From positions 1-34,406 of the forward strand of contig JAKLIN010000001.1 of NCBI GenBank assembly GCA_022709585.1: 34,406 bases of DNA. Reading direction: 5' to 3'. Each line of letters begins with the position of its first letter. Position 1 is the stretch's first letter. A program made the translations under genes and the position numbers. Origin of the DNA: Nanobdellota archaeon (GTDB lineage Archaea; Nanobdellota; Nanobdellia; Pacearchaeales; GW2011-AR1). Positions 16,401 to 26,296 of the stretch are shown here, piece by piece. A model generated the notes under the pieces. It was not told the origin of the DNA, made no database searches, and saw nothing but the letters and a program-made list of their open reading frames with translations.

Positions 16401-17137
16401 ATTCCTAATTTGTCTGCGATAGTGTCTGCAGCAACAATCTCAGGAACAATAACCACTTTTGCCCCTGCTCTTTTGAGTTTAGAAACAAGAGACTGGCTTT
16501 CGCATCTTGAATGTATTTCAATTTTAGAATTCAATTCTTTTGCGGTGAGGGTAATCAAAATATTTTGTTCTGTTTTAGGAAGGGTGAGTATTATTTTTGA
16601 AGCTTTTTCAATTCCAGCTCGTTTAAGAACATCTTCATTCAAAGCATCACCCTCAATGAAAACATATTTGCTTTTTCTTAAGCAGGCAGTAGCTTTAGGG
16701 TCAGACTCAATTATAATAAAATCTTTTTTCTTTTTAGCGAGATTTTGCGCAATTTCTTCACCGACTCTTCCCCCTCCAACAATGATAATATGATTCTTCA
16801 TACTTTCCATTTTAGCAGAATAGAATCTTGTTTTTAAATACTTTTTCAGGCTGCCTTCAAGAACCATGTCTGCAAAGCTCCATAGCACCCACCAAATTAA
16901 AAAAACACCAACAAGAGCTAGGAAAATTTCTAATATTCTTTCAGGAGTTGTGCTATCTGGATGAAACATAACCGCAAGAGTTTGAAAAGTTCTAATAAAA
17001 GCATCTTTGAAAGTTTTTTCTGAAATTAATCTAAAACTGATTGTTCCAAAAAGAATTAACAAGATGATAATCCAAACGAATGATTTTAATCTTCTAGGAA
17101 ATTCTTCTACTTCTTTAGGAATTTTTGAACGAGACAT
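16397..17137 (-). CDS. Two-TM channel-like protein with C-terminal RCK/TrkA-N domain and a degenerate selectivity filter
   Basis: It has the Rossmann motif IIIVGGGRVGEE. The pore-region position reads TLAVMFHPD instead of T(V/L)GYGD. Confidence 0.7.
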   Translation of the reverse strand: MSRSKIPKEVEEFPRRLKSFVWIIILLILFGTISFRLISEKTFKDAFIRTFQTLAVMFHPDSTTPERILEIFLALVGVFLIWWVLWSFADMVLEGSLKKYLKTRFYSAKMESMKNHIIIVGGGRVGEEIAQNLAKKKKDFIIIESDPKATACLRKSKYVFIEGDALNEDVLKRAGIEKASKIILTLPKTEQNILITLTAKELNSKIEIHSRCESQSLVSKLKRAGAKVVIVPEIVAADTIADKLGI

Positions 17138-17182
17138 TTTTTCACCTCTTTGTTATCTTAATTGATTTAATTTTTATTTTTA

Positions 17183-17623
17183 TTATCTTAAATTTATTTT
17201 AATCATATCTGCCCAGGCTTTTGCTTTTTCAATTTCTCCTGGAAAAAGAGGGCCGCTTTGTCCTTTAACATAAAATGCTTGAGGTTTTATCACAATATCT
17301 GCACCAACTTCTTCAAGTTTTTTTGAAATTTTAGCTGCCGCATCACCATGAATAAAAAGTTTAACACGAGTATCAAAACTCGCAGCTTTAACCCCTTTTA
17401 ATTCTCCAGGTTTAAGGCTATTTAAAAAAGTTTGAATTTTTTCATAAGGCATCCATCCTAAAATCGGGCTTCCAACAATCAAAAGTTTAACACCCTTAAG
17501 ATAGCTCATGTCAAAAGAATCAATTGAAATTGCTTTTGATTCTTCCCCTAGCTGTCTTGCAATTCTTTCAGCAATAACTCGAGTGTTTCCAAAATGCGAA
17601 TAGTATATTACCAAAGATTTCAT
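17183..17623 (-). CDS. Flavodoxin-like protein
   Basis: It is 146 aa. The N-terminal MKSLVIYYSHFGNTRVIAERIA is an FMN phosphate-binding-loop pattern. Confidence 0.75.
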   Translation of the reverse strand: MKSLVIYYSHFGNTRVIAERIARQLGEESKAISIDSFDMSYLKGVKLLIVGSPILGWMPYEKIQTFLNSLKPGELKGVKAASFDTRVKLFIHGDAAAKISKKLEEVGADIVIKPQAFYVKGQSGPLFPGEIEKAKAWADMIKINLR

Positions 17624-17680
17624 ATAATAAGAATATGCAAAAGAGATTATAAAATTATCTTAATGCTAAGAAATCAAGAA

Positions 17681-18844
17681 TTAATTAGCTAACCCTGCTT
17701 TTCTTCTCAACTCTCCAGCTTTGTCGGTTTTTTCCCATGAAAATCCCGCTCTTCCGAAATGCCCATAGCTAGCTGTTTTTTCATAAATTGGTTTTTTCAA
17801 ATCTAAATATTGTATAATTGCTTTTGGGCGCAAATCAAATGTTTCTAAAACAACTTGTCTGATTTTTTCTTCTGGAACTTTGTTAGTATTAAAACAGTCT
17901 ATATGAACTGAAACAGGCCTAGCAACTCCAATGGCATAACTAATTTGAATTTCGCATTTATCTGCGAGTTTTGCGGCAACAATATTTTTAGCGATATGCC
18001 TTGCAATATATGCCCCGCTTCTGTCCACTTTTGAAGGATCTTTTCCACTGAAACAACCACCGCCCACTCTTCCAACTCCACCATAACTGTCTACGATTAT
18101 TTTTCTTCCAGTTAATCCAGTATCTCCCTCAGGCCCACCAATAACAAATCTTCCTGTTGCATTAATATGAATCTTAGTTTGTTTGTCAATTAATTTTCCG
18201 CAAGTAGGTACAATAACTTTTTTGTAAATTTCTTTTCTTAGTTTATTTTCACTAACTTGTTTTTTATGCTGCTGTGCAATAACAACTGTATCAATTCTTT
18301 TTGGTTTTCCATTTTCATACTCCACGGTAACTTGAGTTTTTCCATCTGGTCCAAGTCCGTGATTAAATGCTCCGGATTTTCTAAAATCCGCAAGTGCTTT
18401 TGCAAGTTTATGAGCAAAAATAATTGGCATGGGCATTAATTCAGGTGTTTCATTGCAAGCAAAACCATACATCATTCCCTGGTCTCCTGCACCTTGCTCT
18501 TTTTCATCGCCATTTGTTTTTTCATCCACTCCTCGAGAAATATCTGGGCTTTGCGAGTGAATACTTACCCAAACACCTGCATCTTCGTAATCCATTCCAA
18601 ATTCAGGGTCATTATAACCAATCCTTTTCAAAGTCTCTCTTACAGTTTGGTGAATGTCCACAAAACCCTCAGTTGTAACCTCTCCTGCAACATGAACACT
18701 TCCAGTTGTTACAAGAGTCTCGACTGCAACTCTAGAATTAGGATCTTGTGCAATTAATTTATCTAAAATTGCGTCAGAAATTTGGTCGCAGATTTTATCT
18801 GGATGTCCTTCGGTTACAGACTCTGAAGTTATGTAAGTTTTCAT
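17681..18844 (-). CDS. metK: S-adenosylmethionine synthetase, bacterial/eukaryotic MetK type
   Basis: It has [32 protein letters not shown] and [19 protein letters not shown]. It is 387 aa. Confidence 0.95.
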   Translation of the reverse strand: MKTYITSESVTEGHPDKICDQISDAILDKLIAQDPNSRVAVETLVTTGSVHVAGEVTTEGFVDIHQTVRETLKRIGYNDPEFGMDYEDAGVWVSIHSQSPDISRGVDEKTNGDEKEQGAGDQGMMYGFACNETPELMPMPIIFAHKLAKALADFRKSGAFNHGLGPDGKTQVTVEYENGKPKRIDTVVIAQQHKKQVSENKLRKEIYKKVIVPTCGKLIDKQTKIHINATGRFVIGGPEGDTGLTGRKIIVDSYGGVGRVGGGCFSGKDPSKVDRSGAYIARHIAKNIVAAKLADKCEIQISYAIGVARPVSVHIDCFNTNKVPEEKIRQVVLETFDLRPKAIIQYLDLKKPIYEKTASYGHFGRAGFSWEKTDKAGELRRKAGLAN

Positions 18845-18899
18845 TTGAAGATTAAAATTTGAAGGTTTATAAAAATTTATTTTTTTAGATTTAATTGAT

Positions 18900-19955
18900 T
18901 TAGTCTTTTTCTTTGGAATCGTCTTTCAACCCACCTTCACTGAGATAAAAGATTGTTTCATTGTCTGGCAAATTAGGACTATCAATCAACTTTGCAACTC
19001 TTGAGTCTTTTTTACCTCTTCTTAAATAAATTCTATAAGTTGAGGCATGTGCAACAATGTTTCCTCCGACAGCTACAGTTGGATCTCCAAACATTTGTGC
19101 TGGATTTGCCATAACCTGGTTTGTAACATAAATTGCTAAGTTGAATTGCTCTGCAAGCTTCATTAAATTGTGAATATACTGATTAAGTTTTTGCTGTCTG
19201 TCTGCTAATTGACCTCTTCCAGAGAATTCAGCTCTGAAGTGTGCTGTTAAAGAATCTACAATAATCAATTTAATTGGCTCTCCTTCTTTAATCATCTCCG
19301 CAATTCTATCTAAAAGCAAAATCTGATGATCTGAATTGAAAGCACGAGCAACAAGTATGTTTTTCAATACTTTTTCAGGATTTGCTCCAAGAGCTTCAGA
19401 AATCTGTTTTATTCTTGAAGGTCTGAATGTTCCTTCTGTATCAATGAAAACACATTTTCCTTCTGCTCCCCCTTTTTCTACAGGCAACTGAACATTAACA
19501 GCAAGTGATAATCCTAATTGAGTCTTACCACTACCATATGCTCCAAAAGCTTCTGTTATTGCTCTGCTTTCAACACCTCTCCCACCCAAGAGCTCATCGA
19601 GATTTTTACTTCCAGTTGTAATAAAATGAACAGATTCACGCTTTTTAGCATATTCAGTACCATCAACAAAACCCAAGTCCATCATCTTTCTAGCTGCTTG
19701 AATTGCTTTTCTTGCAACAGCAGGGCTAACACCAGCAACATCGCCTAATTCTGCAGGGCTCATTACTGCAAGAGACATTAAATCAAAAACTCCAGCAGAT
19801 TCAAGTTTAGCTGCAACAGCAGGCCCAACGCCAGGCAAATCAGTTAAAGTAGGCTCTTTGTCTTTACCTTTTTCCTTGCTAGACTTAGATTTCTTTTCAG
19901 ATTTCTCCTCTTTTTCTTCAATTTCCTCTTCAAATTCTTCGTCTTCTTCAGCCAT
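18900..19955 (-). CDS. radA: DNA repair and recombination protein RadA with acidic/K-rich N-terminal tail
   Basis: It has the Hh[17 protein letters not shown], Walker [10 protein letters not shown] and Walker B LIIVDS. It is 351 aa. Confidence 0.95.
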   Translation of the reverse strand: MAEEDEEFEEEIEEKEEKSEKKSKSSKEKGKDKEPTLTDLPGVGPAVAAKLESAGVFDLMSLAVMSPAELGDVAGVSPAVARKAIQAARKMMDLGFVDGTEYAKKRESVHFITTGSKNLDELLGGRGVESRAITEAFGAYGSGKTQLGLSLAVNVQLPVEKGGAEGKCVFIDTEGTFRPSRIKQISEALGANPEKVLKNILVARAFNSDHQILLLDRIAEMIKEGEPIKLIIVDSLTAHFRAEFSGRGQLADRQQKLNQYIHNLMKLAEQFNLAIYVTNQVMANPAQMFGDPTVAVGGNIVAHASTYRIYLRRGKKDSRVAKLIDSPNLPDNETIFYLSEGGLKDDSKEKD

Positions 19956-19975
19956 ACCTTTCTTATCTTTAGTCT

Positions 19976-19985
19976 GTTTATAAAG
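19976..19985 (-). promoter_or_regulatory. TATA-like box for radA
   Basis: The box gtttataaag is centred about 25.5 nt upstream of the ATG at 19955. Confidence 0.5.
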
Positions 19986-20068
19986 ATTGTTCGGATTGGG
20001 ATATATATTTCAAAAAGCAATTATCGAGGAATTTTTAGTTAATTTTTCAGGTTAATTTATCAAAGAAG

Positions 20069-20533
20069 TTACAAATTAAAAATAAAAGGCAGCCTAAAAA
20101 CCAACAAAGCTATATCTGCTAAAATCAAAATCATGAAAATAATTGCTTCGCTCCATCCACCTGTTTTAATTACTCCTTTCCATTTTTTAGAAATTGGATA
20201 AAAAGGAGTTATTCCCATAACAGTTAAGCTATCTGCTAGCAGATGCAATCCATAACCAAAAAAGAATGCTATTGAAGCTTCTTGTGAAAAAAAGAAAACC
20301 AACACACTAATCATTAAAGCAAATGTAAAACTGTGCAGAATTCCCCTATGCCCAAAAAAGAATTGCAAAGGGCGCAACAAAAAGTTTTTTCCAAGCTTAG
20401 AATGCGAACTGTCTATATCTGGAAGCAAAGTGGAAACAATCATAACTCCGCAAAAGACAATCTTATTGTCAAATAAGGGGAAAAACAATAAAATAAAAAA
20501 TATTGAAATAGCTAAATGTGTACGGGTTAACAT
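20069..20533 (-). CDS. Membrane-bound metal-dependent hydrolase, YdjM/DUF457 family
   Basis: It starts MLTRTHLAIS and has LLPDIDSSHSK, RGILHS and HLLADSLT motifs within a 4-TM protein. It is 154 aa. Confidence 0.75.
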   Translation of the reverse strand: MLTRTHLAISIFFILLFFPLFDNKIVFCGVMIVSTLLPDIDSSHSKLGKNFLLRPLQFFFGHRGILHSFTFALMISVLVFFFSQEASIAFFFGYGLHLLADSLTVMGITPFYPISKKWKGVIKTGGWSEAIIFMILILADIALLVFRLPFIFNL

Positions 20534-20540
20534 TCTTAAT

Positions 20541-21482
20541 TTACTTTTTTTCTAATTCTGAAAGCAGTTTATCAACATCAACTGGTTCAATTGTTTCAAT
20601 ATTCAATTCATTGTTATTGAAAAACTTGTTCACACGAATTTCTCCAGAGAAAAACATTTCTTTCCCTAAAAGTTCTTCTTTTTGAACAGCTGTTTTATCA
20701 ATATCTTCTAAATCCGTTAATCCTAATTTAGGGAAACTGTCTGAGAATAAAACAGCTCGAATTGTTTCTGTTCCATCATCTAAAACAAGATTTACAAGAG
20801 CTCTTTTATCAGCGATAACTTTTCCGTGTTCTGCACAGATAAATCCATCAGATTCTTTCTGCACTTTTTTTCTGCATTCAGGGCAAGTCTCAAAAAATCT
20901 TGGCCCAAGCACGCTTACGATAAATGCTCGCAACTTAACACTTTCAGAAGCAACACTTTCCAAAATCTTTTTCTCATGAACAGATTTTTGTGTTACAACT
21001 GCATTGATTTCTTCTGCAGAACGTTTAATATTTGAAAAACTGCCCAAGTGAATTTCATTGTCTCTCATTGTTCCATTGGAAATTTCAATGACATCACCTA
21101 ATTTCAAATCACCTGTTTCAACAAGAGCAATATGATTCATATCCCAAAGCACAACTTTAATGTTTGCAGTTTCATCTGCTAAAGTTAAATTAACAACTTT
21201 TCCTTCTTGTCCTTTTCTTACAAAACTTCTAACAGGAGAAAGATTAATCACTTTTCCAATAGCATTGACTTTTTTCATTCCAGGCAAAAGTTCATTTATT
21301 TTCAGAAGTTCATTATCAAAAGAAATTCCCAATTCTGAAGCAACAATCTGAGCAGCTCCTTCTTTGCTAATTAACCCAGAAAGCTTTGCTCTTTTAGCTT
21401 CAACTCTTCTGTCCAGTTCCTCTTTATTGATTCCAGAATGCCTGGAAATCCTCTCTAAAAGTTTGGAATAATTTTCTAACAT
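20541..21482 (-). CDS. rpa: Replication protein A (ssDNA-binding, OB folds plus zinc ribbon)
   Basis: It has an N-terminal helical segment ...KLSGLISKEGAAQIVASELGI, two OB-like segments, and CPECRKKV...CAEHGKV. It is 313 aa. Confidence 0.8.
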   Translation of the reverse strand: MLENYSKLLERISRHSGINKEELDRRVEAKRAKLSGLISKEGAAQIVASELGISFDNELLKINELLPGMKKVNAIGKVINLSPVRSFVRKGQEGKVVNLTLADETANIKVVLWDMNHIALVETGDLKLGDVIEISNGTMRDNEIHLGSFSNIKRSAEEINAVVTQKSVHEKKILESVASESVKLRAFIVSVLGPRFFETCPECRKKVQKESDGFICAEHGKVIADKRALVNLVLDDGTETIRAVLFSDSFPKLGLTDLEDIDKTAVQKEELLGKEMFFSGEIRVNKFFNNNELNIETIEPVDVDKLLSELEKK

Positions 21483-21548
21483 ACCAAGAAAAACAGAAGC
21501 TATTTTTTAAGTATTGCTATAGTTTGCAGAGTACTAATTTTTCAAAAC

Positions 21549-21558
21549 ATTTATAAAA
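21549..21558 (+). promoter_or_regulatory. TATA-like box for the aEF-1beta gene
   Basis: The box atttataaaa is centred about 25.5 nt upstream of the ATG at 21579. Confidence 0.5.
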
Positions 21559-21578
21559 GAAATCTCATAAAAAACTCC

Positions 21579-21851
21579 ATGGGAACAGCTTTAGTTAAAA
21601 TAAAAATAATGCCAGTAGCACCAGGCGTAGACTTAGACAAAATAACCGAGGACGCTAAAAAGATTATTAAGTCTAAAAAAGTTCTTAATCCTGTTTTTGA
21701 ACAACAGCCAATTGCATTTGGATTAATTGCAGTCATAGCAGGTTTTGCCTGGCCTGAAGAAAATGAACTTGAAGATTTGGAACAAGAATTAAGAACAATC
21801 CAAGATGTTAATTCTGTGGAAGTTATTGATTTAAGAAGAGCTATTGGATGA
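21579..21851 (+). CDS. ef1b: Elongation factor aEF-1 beta
   Basis: It is 90 aa. The sequence VKIKIMPVAPGVDLDKI...QPIAFGLIAVI...VNSVEVIDLRRAI is typical of aEF-1beta. Confidence 0.9.
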   Translation: MGTALVKIKIMPVAPGVDLDKITEDAKKIIKSKKVLNPVFEQQPIAFGLIAVIAGFAWPEENELEDLEQELRTIQDVNSVEVIDLRRAIG

Positions 21852-21905
21852 ATAGATAAACAGATATTGGATAAGTTTTAATATTCTTTAATCTAAGATA
21901 AGTCA

Positions 21906-22481
21906 ATGTCACAAGAATCTGAAAATCAAAATTGTGTTTTCTGTCTTATTGCTTCAGAAAAGCTAGAAAGTTATAAGATTTCTGAAATTCAAGAAGCAAT
22001 AGCTGTTCTTGAACTTAACCCTGTTTCAAAAGGGCATACAATGGTTTTGCCAAAAGAGCATCTTCAACTGAAAGAAATGAAAAGCAAGATTGTTCTCTTC
22101 GCACAAAAACTCGCTGCACAACTCAAGGAAAAATTAAATTCCAAAGACATTGAAATTGCAACTGTTGATTTTCAAGGGCATGGAATAATCAATTTAATTC
22201 CAGTTTACAACGAAGAAAACATTGAATCAAAAAGATACAAAGCAACACTCGAAGAGCTTCAAGAAGTTCAAAGTTTGTTTGTTGACAAACCAGAAGTGAA
22301 AAACGAGATTGAGAAACCTGCAGAAAAAGAAGTTAAAAAAGTTCCGGAAAAAGATGAAGATAAAAAAGAAAAAGAAAGCAAATTAGAAAAGCAGGAAGAA
22401 ACAGATAAAAAACAGCAAGAGCCTGCAGAAAAACATTCTGAACCTGAGAAAAAGATCTGGTTTCCAAGAAGAATTCCTTAA
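21906..22481 (+). CDS. HIT-like fold protein lacking the histidine triad, with a K/E-rich C-terminal tail
   Basis: CVFCLIASEK and GHTMVLPKEH match the HIT N-terminal half. Where HxHxHxx is expected, the sequence reads GHGIINLIPVY. The last 70 or so residues are Lys/Glu low complexity. Confidence 0.55.
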   Translation: MSQESENQNCVFCLIASEKLESYKISEIQEAIAVLELNPVSKGHTMVLPKEHLQLKEMKSKIVLFAQKLAAQLKEKLNSKDIEIATVDFQGHGIINLIPVYNEENIESKRYKATLEELQEVQSLFVDKPEVKNEIEKPAEKEVKKVPEKDEDKKEKESKLEKQEETDKKQQEPAEKHSEPEKKIWFPRRIP

Positions 22482-22597
22482 TATTGTAAATAAAAAAGCT
22501 TTAAATACTCTCAAAAATAACCAAAAATATGGACACAACAGAATCAATTGCGATTCCTAAAAACTACTAAATATAGTTGTGACCCTTTTCTTCTAAA

Positions 22598-23326
22598 ATG
22601 CTATTAATTGAAATTTCTGGTAAGAATGGTCTCGGAAAGACTCATGGCGTAGAGCTAGCTCCAAAAGAATTACTTAAAGGAAGTTCGTATTCTTTTTATA
22701 AAAAAATAAATCCAAATAATGGAGATATTGAAGAGCAAGAAAATCAAATTCTAGAGCAATCTAAAGATTTAATGACAAAAAAACCTTTTTTTATCGGAGG
22801 AGATCATTCCATAAGCTACCCGTTAGTAAAAAATTTCATTAAAACTCACAAAAACGCAGGAATTGTCGTTTTAGATGCCCATCCAGATTTAATGCCTCCG
22901 ATGGAAAATCCAACGCATGAAGAATGGTTAGCAGCGGTTATTGAACTCGGATTTAATCCTAAGAATATTTTGTTAATTGGAGCGAGAAACATTGATCCTG
23001 AAGAAGAAAAACACTCTGTTAATAAGATTAAAATATCAGAGTTAAACAATTGTCAAGAAAAATTAAACACTTTTTTAAAAGACAAACAGATTTATTTATC
23101 AATGGATATAGATTTTTTTGATTCTTCAATCGCTTCTGCTACAGGTTATCCAGAAAAAGATGGTGCAACTGAATCTCAAGGATTAACCTTAATCAAACAA
23201 ATAATTCAAAATGGAAATGTTTGCGCAGCAGATTTAGTTGAAGTTAATCCAACAAAACAGAATCCAGAAAAAACAATCGCACTTGCTAAAAAAATAATAA
23301 ATTTAGTTTTAAAGGAAAATAAATAA
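22598..23326 (+). CDS. speB: Ureohydrolase (agmatinase/arginase family), short form
   Basis: It has the Mn-ligand motifs GGDHS, DAHPDL and SMDIDFFD. It is 242 aa. Confidence 0.75.
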   Translation: MLLIEISGKNGLGKTHGVELAPKELLKGSSYSFYKKINPNNGDIEEQENQILEQSKDLMTKKPFFIGGDHSISYPLVKNFIKTHKNAGIVVLDAHPDLMPPMENPTHEEWLAAVIELGFNPKNILLIGARNIDPEEEKHSVNKIKISELNNCQEKLNTFLKDKQIYLSMDIDFFDSSIASATGYPEKDGATESQGLTLIKQIIQNGNVCAADLVEVNPTKQNPEKTIALAKKIINLVLKENK

Positions 23327-23368
23327 AAAATAACAGGAAAAATAAATAAAAACAACAAGGAAAATAAA

Positions 23369-24304
23369 ATGAGAAAAATTAAAGATTTTCAATGGAAACC
23401 AAACTTGACTGTGAAAGAGCTAGTTGACAGCTTCGCAGGATTAGGATATCAATCAATTGAACTTAATGCAGCTAAAGAAGTAGTTGTGAAAATGAAGCGA
23501 GCAGGAGCAAAAATATTCCTTACTTTCACTTCAAATATGACAACTTCAGGATTAAGAGGCTTTTTTGCGCAGCTTTGCGAACTTAAAATTCCAGATGTTA
23601 TTGTTACAACTTCAGGCTCAATTGAAGAAGATATAATGAAATCGCTTGGCGAAAACTTTGAAGTTTCCAGTTTTTATGCTGATGACACTCAGCTTCATGA
23701 AAATGGAGAAAATAGAGTTGGGAATATTTTAATAAGAACAGAAAGCTACATGAAATTTGAAGACAAAATGTTGGAATTGCTGGAAAATATTTACAAAAAA
23801 ACTCCAAGAATCTCTTCCTCAGAATTATTGAAAGAAATTGGGTTACTGATTAAAGATAAAAATTCCCTACTGTATCAAGCAGCAAAAAATAATATCCCAA
23901 TTTATTGCCCTGGAATTGCGGATTCTTCTTTAGGATTCCATTTGTTCATGTTCCAACAAAAACACAAGGATTTTATTGTGGACACAATTTGGGATATGCA
24001 AAGGGTTGTCACAGACTTAGGATTTGATGAAAAGAAAGGCTTAATCTCTCTCGGAGGGGGAATTTCCAAGCATTATGCAATATTCTCTGCGCTTCTTTCA
24101 GGAGGATTTGATTATGCTGTTTATTTAACAACATCTCATGCTTCCTCCGGCTCAATTTCCGGAGCAACAACTCAAGAAGCAAAATCTTGGGGAAAACTTA
24201 AAGATAATGCAGAAGCAGCAACAGTAAATGGAGACGTTACAATAATTTTCCCTCTTTTGATGTGCGCGGTTTTAGATGAATTAAAATCTCAAAAAATTAT
24301 TTAA
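23369..24304 (+). CDS. dhs: Deoxyhypusine synthase
   Basis: It is 311 aa. It has GGGISKH and the catalytic-lysine context QEAKSWGKL. Confidence 0.9.
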   Translation: MRKIKDFQWKPNLTVKELVDSFAGLGYQSIELNAAKEVVVKMKRAGAKIFLTFTSNMTTSGLRGFFAQLCELKIPDVIVTTSGSIEEDIMKSLGENFEVSSFYADDTQLHENGENRVGNILIRTESYMKFEDKMLELLENIYKKTPRISSSELLKEIGLLIKDKNSLLYQAAKNNIPIYCPGIADSSLGFHLFMFQQKHKDFIVDTIWDMQRVVTDLGFDEKKGLISLGGGISKHYAIFSALLSGGFDYAVYLTTSHASSGSISGATTQEAKSWGKLKDNAEAATVNGDVTIIFPLLMCAVLDELKSQKII

Positions 24305-24307
24305 TCA

Positions 24308-25357
24308 ATGCACATGGCAGAAGCAAAATTCATTCTCTCAAAGTCTAAGTTAATTGAACAATTAAATGTTTTAGAAAAACTGAAATTAAAAATTTCATAC
24401 AGTTACAAAACCAATCGAGAAGTTGGAGATATTCTTCAAGATGTTTCTAATTGCGATTTTTCTATTCATGCTAAAGAAGAGATTGAAAAAATAAAAAATA
24501 AAAATAAAATCTGGTTTTTTAGCCAGGCAGAATCAGTAGATGAACTTGAGAACATCCTTAAAAAAGGTGTAAGAAACTTCGTAGTTGACAATGAAATAGA
24601 TTTTCAAAGAATTCTCGAGGCAATAAAAAAAACAAAGATAAAAATAAATCTCTCTTTAAGAATGAAACTTCAAGAGCACAGAATTGGAAGCGAAAAATAC
24701 TTTGTTTATGGAATGCCCTCGAAAAAAGTGAATGATTTAATTAAAGAAATAAAAGACAACAAACTAATTGAAATATTAGGCATTCATTTGCACAGAAAAT
24801 CTCAAAACACAAGTGAATGGGAGATAAAAAAAGAGCTTGAAGATTCCATAGACTCTGAAAATTTCAAAAGAATAGATTTAGTGAACATTGGGGGCGGGCT
24901 TCCAGTGGAATATCGCTCTTTTACCTCAAAAGTAATGCCTTATATCTTTGAAAAAATAATTGAAGCGCGAGATTTTCTAAAAAAATACAACATAGAAACT
25001 TACATTGAGCCTGGAAGATTTTTAGCTGCACCTTGCATTAAACTTGAAACAGAAATAATTCAAATTCAAGAAAAGAATATAATAATTAATACCACAATTT
25101 ACAACTGCGCATTAGATACGATTCTTACAGGAACAAAAATGCTTGTTGAACAAGAAATTTCCGAGGATAAACCGGGAGATTTTTATCTTATAAAAGGGAA
25201 TTCTCCTGCCAGAGATGACATATTCAGATACAAAGTAAAGCTAAGCAATCCAAAAGTCGGCGATAAAATCACATTCATGAACGCAGGAGCATATAATTAT
25301 ACCACAGATTTCTTTGGTTATAAAAAACTTAAAACTGAGACTGTAGAAAAGTTTTAA
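24308..25357 (+). CDS. PLP-dependent Orn/Arg/Lys/DAP-type decarboxylase (group IV, alanine-racemase fold)
   Basis: It has the PLP lysine context YSYKTN, NIGGGLPVEY and EPGRFLAAP. It is 349 aa. The start may be the ATG at 24314. It lies 3 nt downstream of dhs. Confidence 0.75.
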   Translation: MHMAEAKFILSKSKLIEQLNVLEKLKLKISYSYKTNREVGDILQDVSNCDFSIHAKEEIEKIKNKNKIWFFSQAESVDELENILKKGVRNFVVDNEIDFQRILEAIKKTKIKINLSLRMKLQEHRIGSEKYFVYGMPSKKVNDLIKEIKDNKLIEILGIHLHRKSQNTSEWEIKKELEDSIDSENFKRIDLVNIGGGLPVEYRSFTSKVMPYIFEKIIEARDFLKKYNIETYIEPGRFLAAPCIKLETEIIQIQEKNIIINTTIYNCALDTILTGTKMLVEQEISEDKPGDFYLIKGNSPARDDIFRYKVKLSNPKVGDKITFMNAGAYNYTTDFFGYKKLKTETVEKF

Positions 25358-25358
25358 G

Positions 25359-26222
25359 TTAAAAAGGAAATATTTGAAATAAGACGTCTGAGATTGGAAA
25401 AACAAAGAAGTAAACCAGAATAAGAAATACAAAACTTACTAAGAATACAGGTACAAAAGGTATTCCTTTTTTAATTTTAACAAACTTTTTATTTTGCTGA
25501 ATCAGCTTAATCTCTTTTTGAGTTAATCCTTCCCATTTTGCGAGTATCTTTTTGTTTCCAATTAAAATAGGTTTATACAACCAGTCTCCTTCCCTGAGAG
25601 ATTTAACATCTACTACTCGAACCATACAAGATTCATCTATTGCTTTTACAATTAAGTAAGTAAAAGGACTGAAGAAAACAAAAATTCCTGAATAAATAAT
25701 AATTTCTTGACTAAAAAGCCCAAGCAACATGATTAAAACTCCAAGTGCCATAACCAATAAGATTTCTTTTTTATTTTTAGAAAATAACTTTGAAAATTCT
25801 TTTTTAACTTCGATTTTATTTTTTATAGCAAAATAACTGCTAGTAAATATTCCAAAAAAAGCTCCTGAAATTAAAAAAAGTGCTAGAAATGCGAGGAATA
25901 GTTTTATATTTTCAACAAAATTAAAAGAGAAGGGAAGAATTGTTCCTAAAGCAATCATAAGCTTTGCGTCTCCTCCAGCAAACATCTTGGAGTAATAAAA
26001 AACATTTCCTAAAACAAAGAAGATTCCTAATCCAATAAGTCCTTGAAAAAAGAAACTGAAATTTCCTAAAGCAAATAAACTATAAAAAAATCTGAATCCC
26101 AAAGCAAAAGCGATAAGTGAAAAGTTAAGCCAGTCGGGAACTTCTGTTGTTTTTACGTCGTGGATTGAAGCAAAAGTCAACCAAATTAGTGCAAGTGCCA
26201 TTAAGAAAATCACTTCAATCAT
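25359..26222 (-). CDS. Class III signal peptidase (A24 family prepilin/preflagellin peptidase, FlaK/PibD-like)
   Basis: It is polytopic. The first catalytic Asp lies in ASIHDVKTTEVPD and the second in FAGGDAKLMIALG. A soluble insert precedes the last TM, which has GIPFVPVFL. It is 287 aa. Confidence 0.85.
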   Translation of the reverse strand: MIEVIFLMALALIWLTFASIHDVKTTEVPDWLNFSLIAFALGFRFFYSLFALGNFSFFFQGLIGLGIFFVLGNVFYYSKMFAGGDAKLMIALGTILPFSFNFVENIKLFLAFLALFLISGAFFGIFTSSYFAIKNKIEVKKEFSKLFSKNKKEILLVMALGVLIMLLGLFSQEIIIYSGIFVFFSPFTYLIVKAIDESCMVRVVDVKSLREGDWLYKPILIGNKKILAKWEGLTQKEIKLIQQNKKFVKIKKGIPFVPVFLVSFVFLILVYFFVFPISDVLFQIFPF

Positions 26223-26296
26223 TATTCAAAAAGGCGAATTTCGTTTAAATATCTATTTAAAATCTAAAAAAGCTAAACCCTGAGTATGACAAAAAA

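Noticed and set aside
22529-22570. A 13-codon mini-ORF upstream of the short agmatinase-like gene, considered as a possible remnant of a frameshifted longer N-terminus.
   Set aside because: It is in a different context with an intervening stop and no ureohydrolase-like sequence. The 242-aa ORF already contains all Mn-binding motifs.
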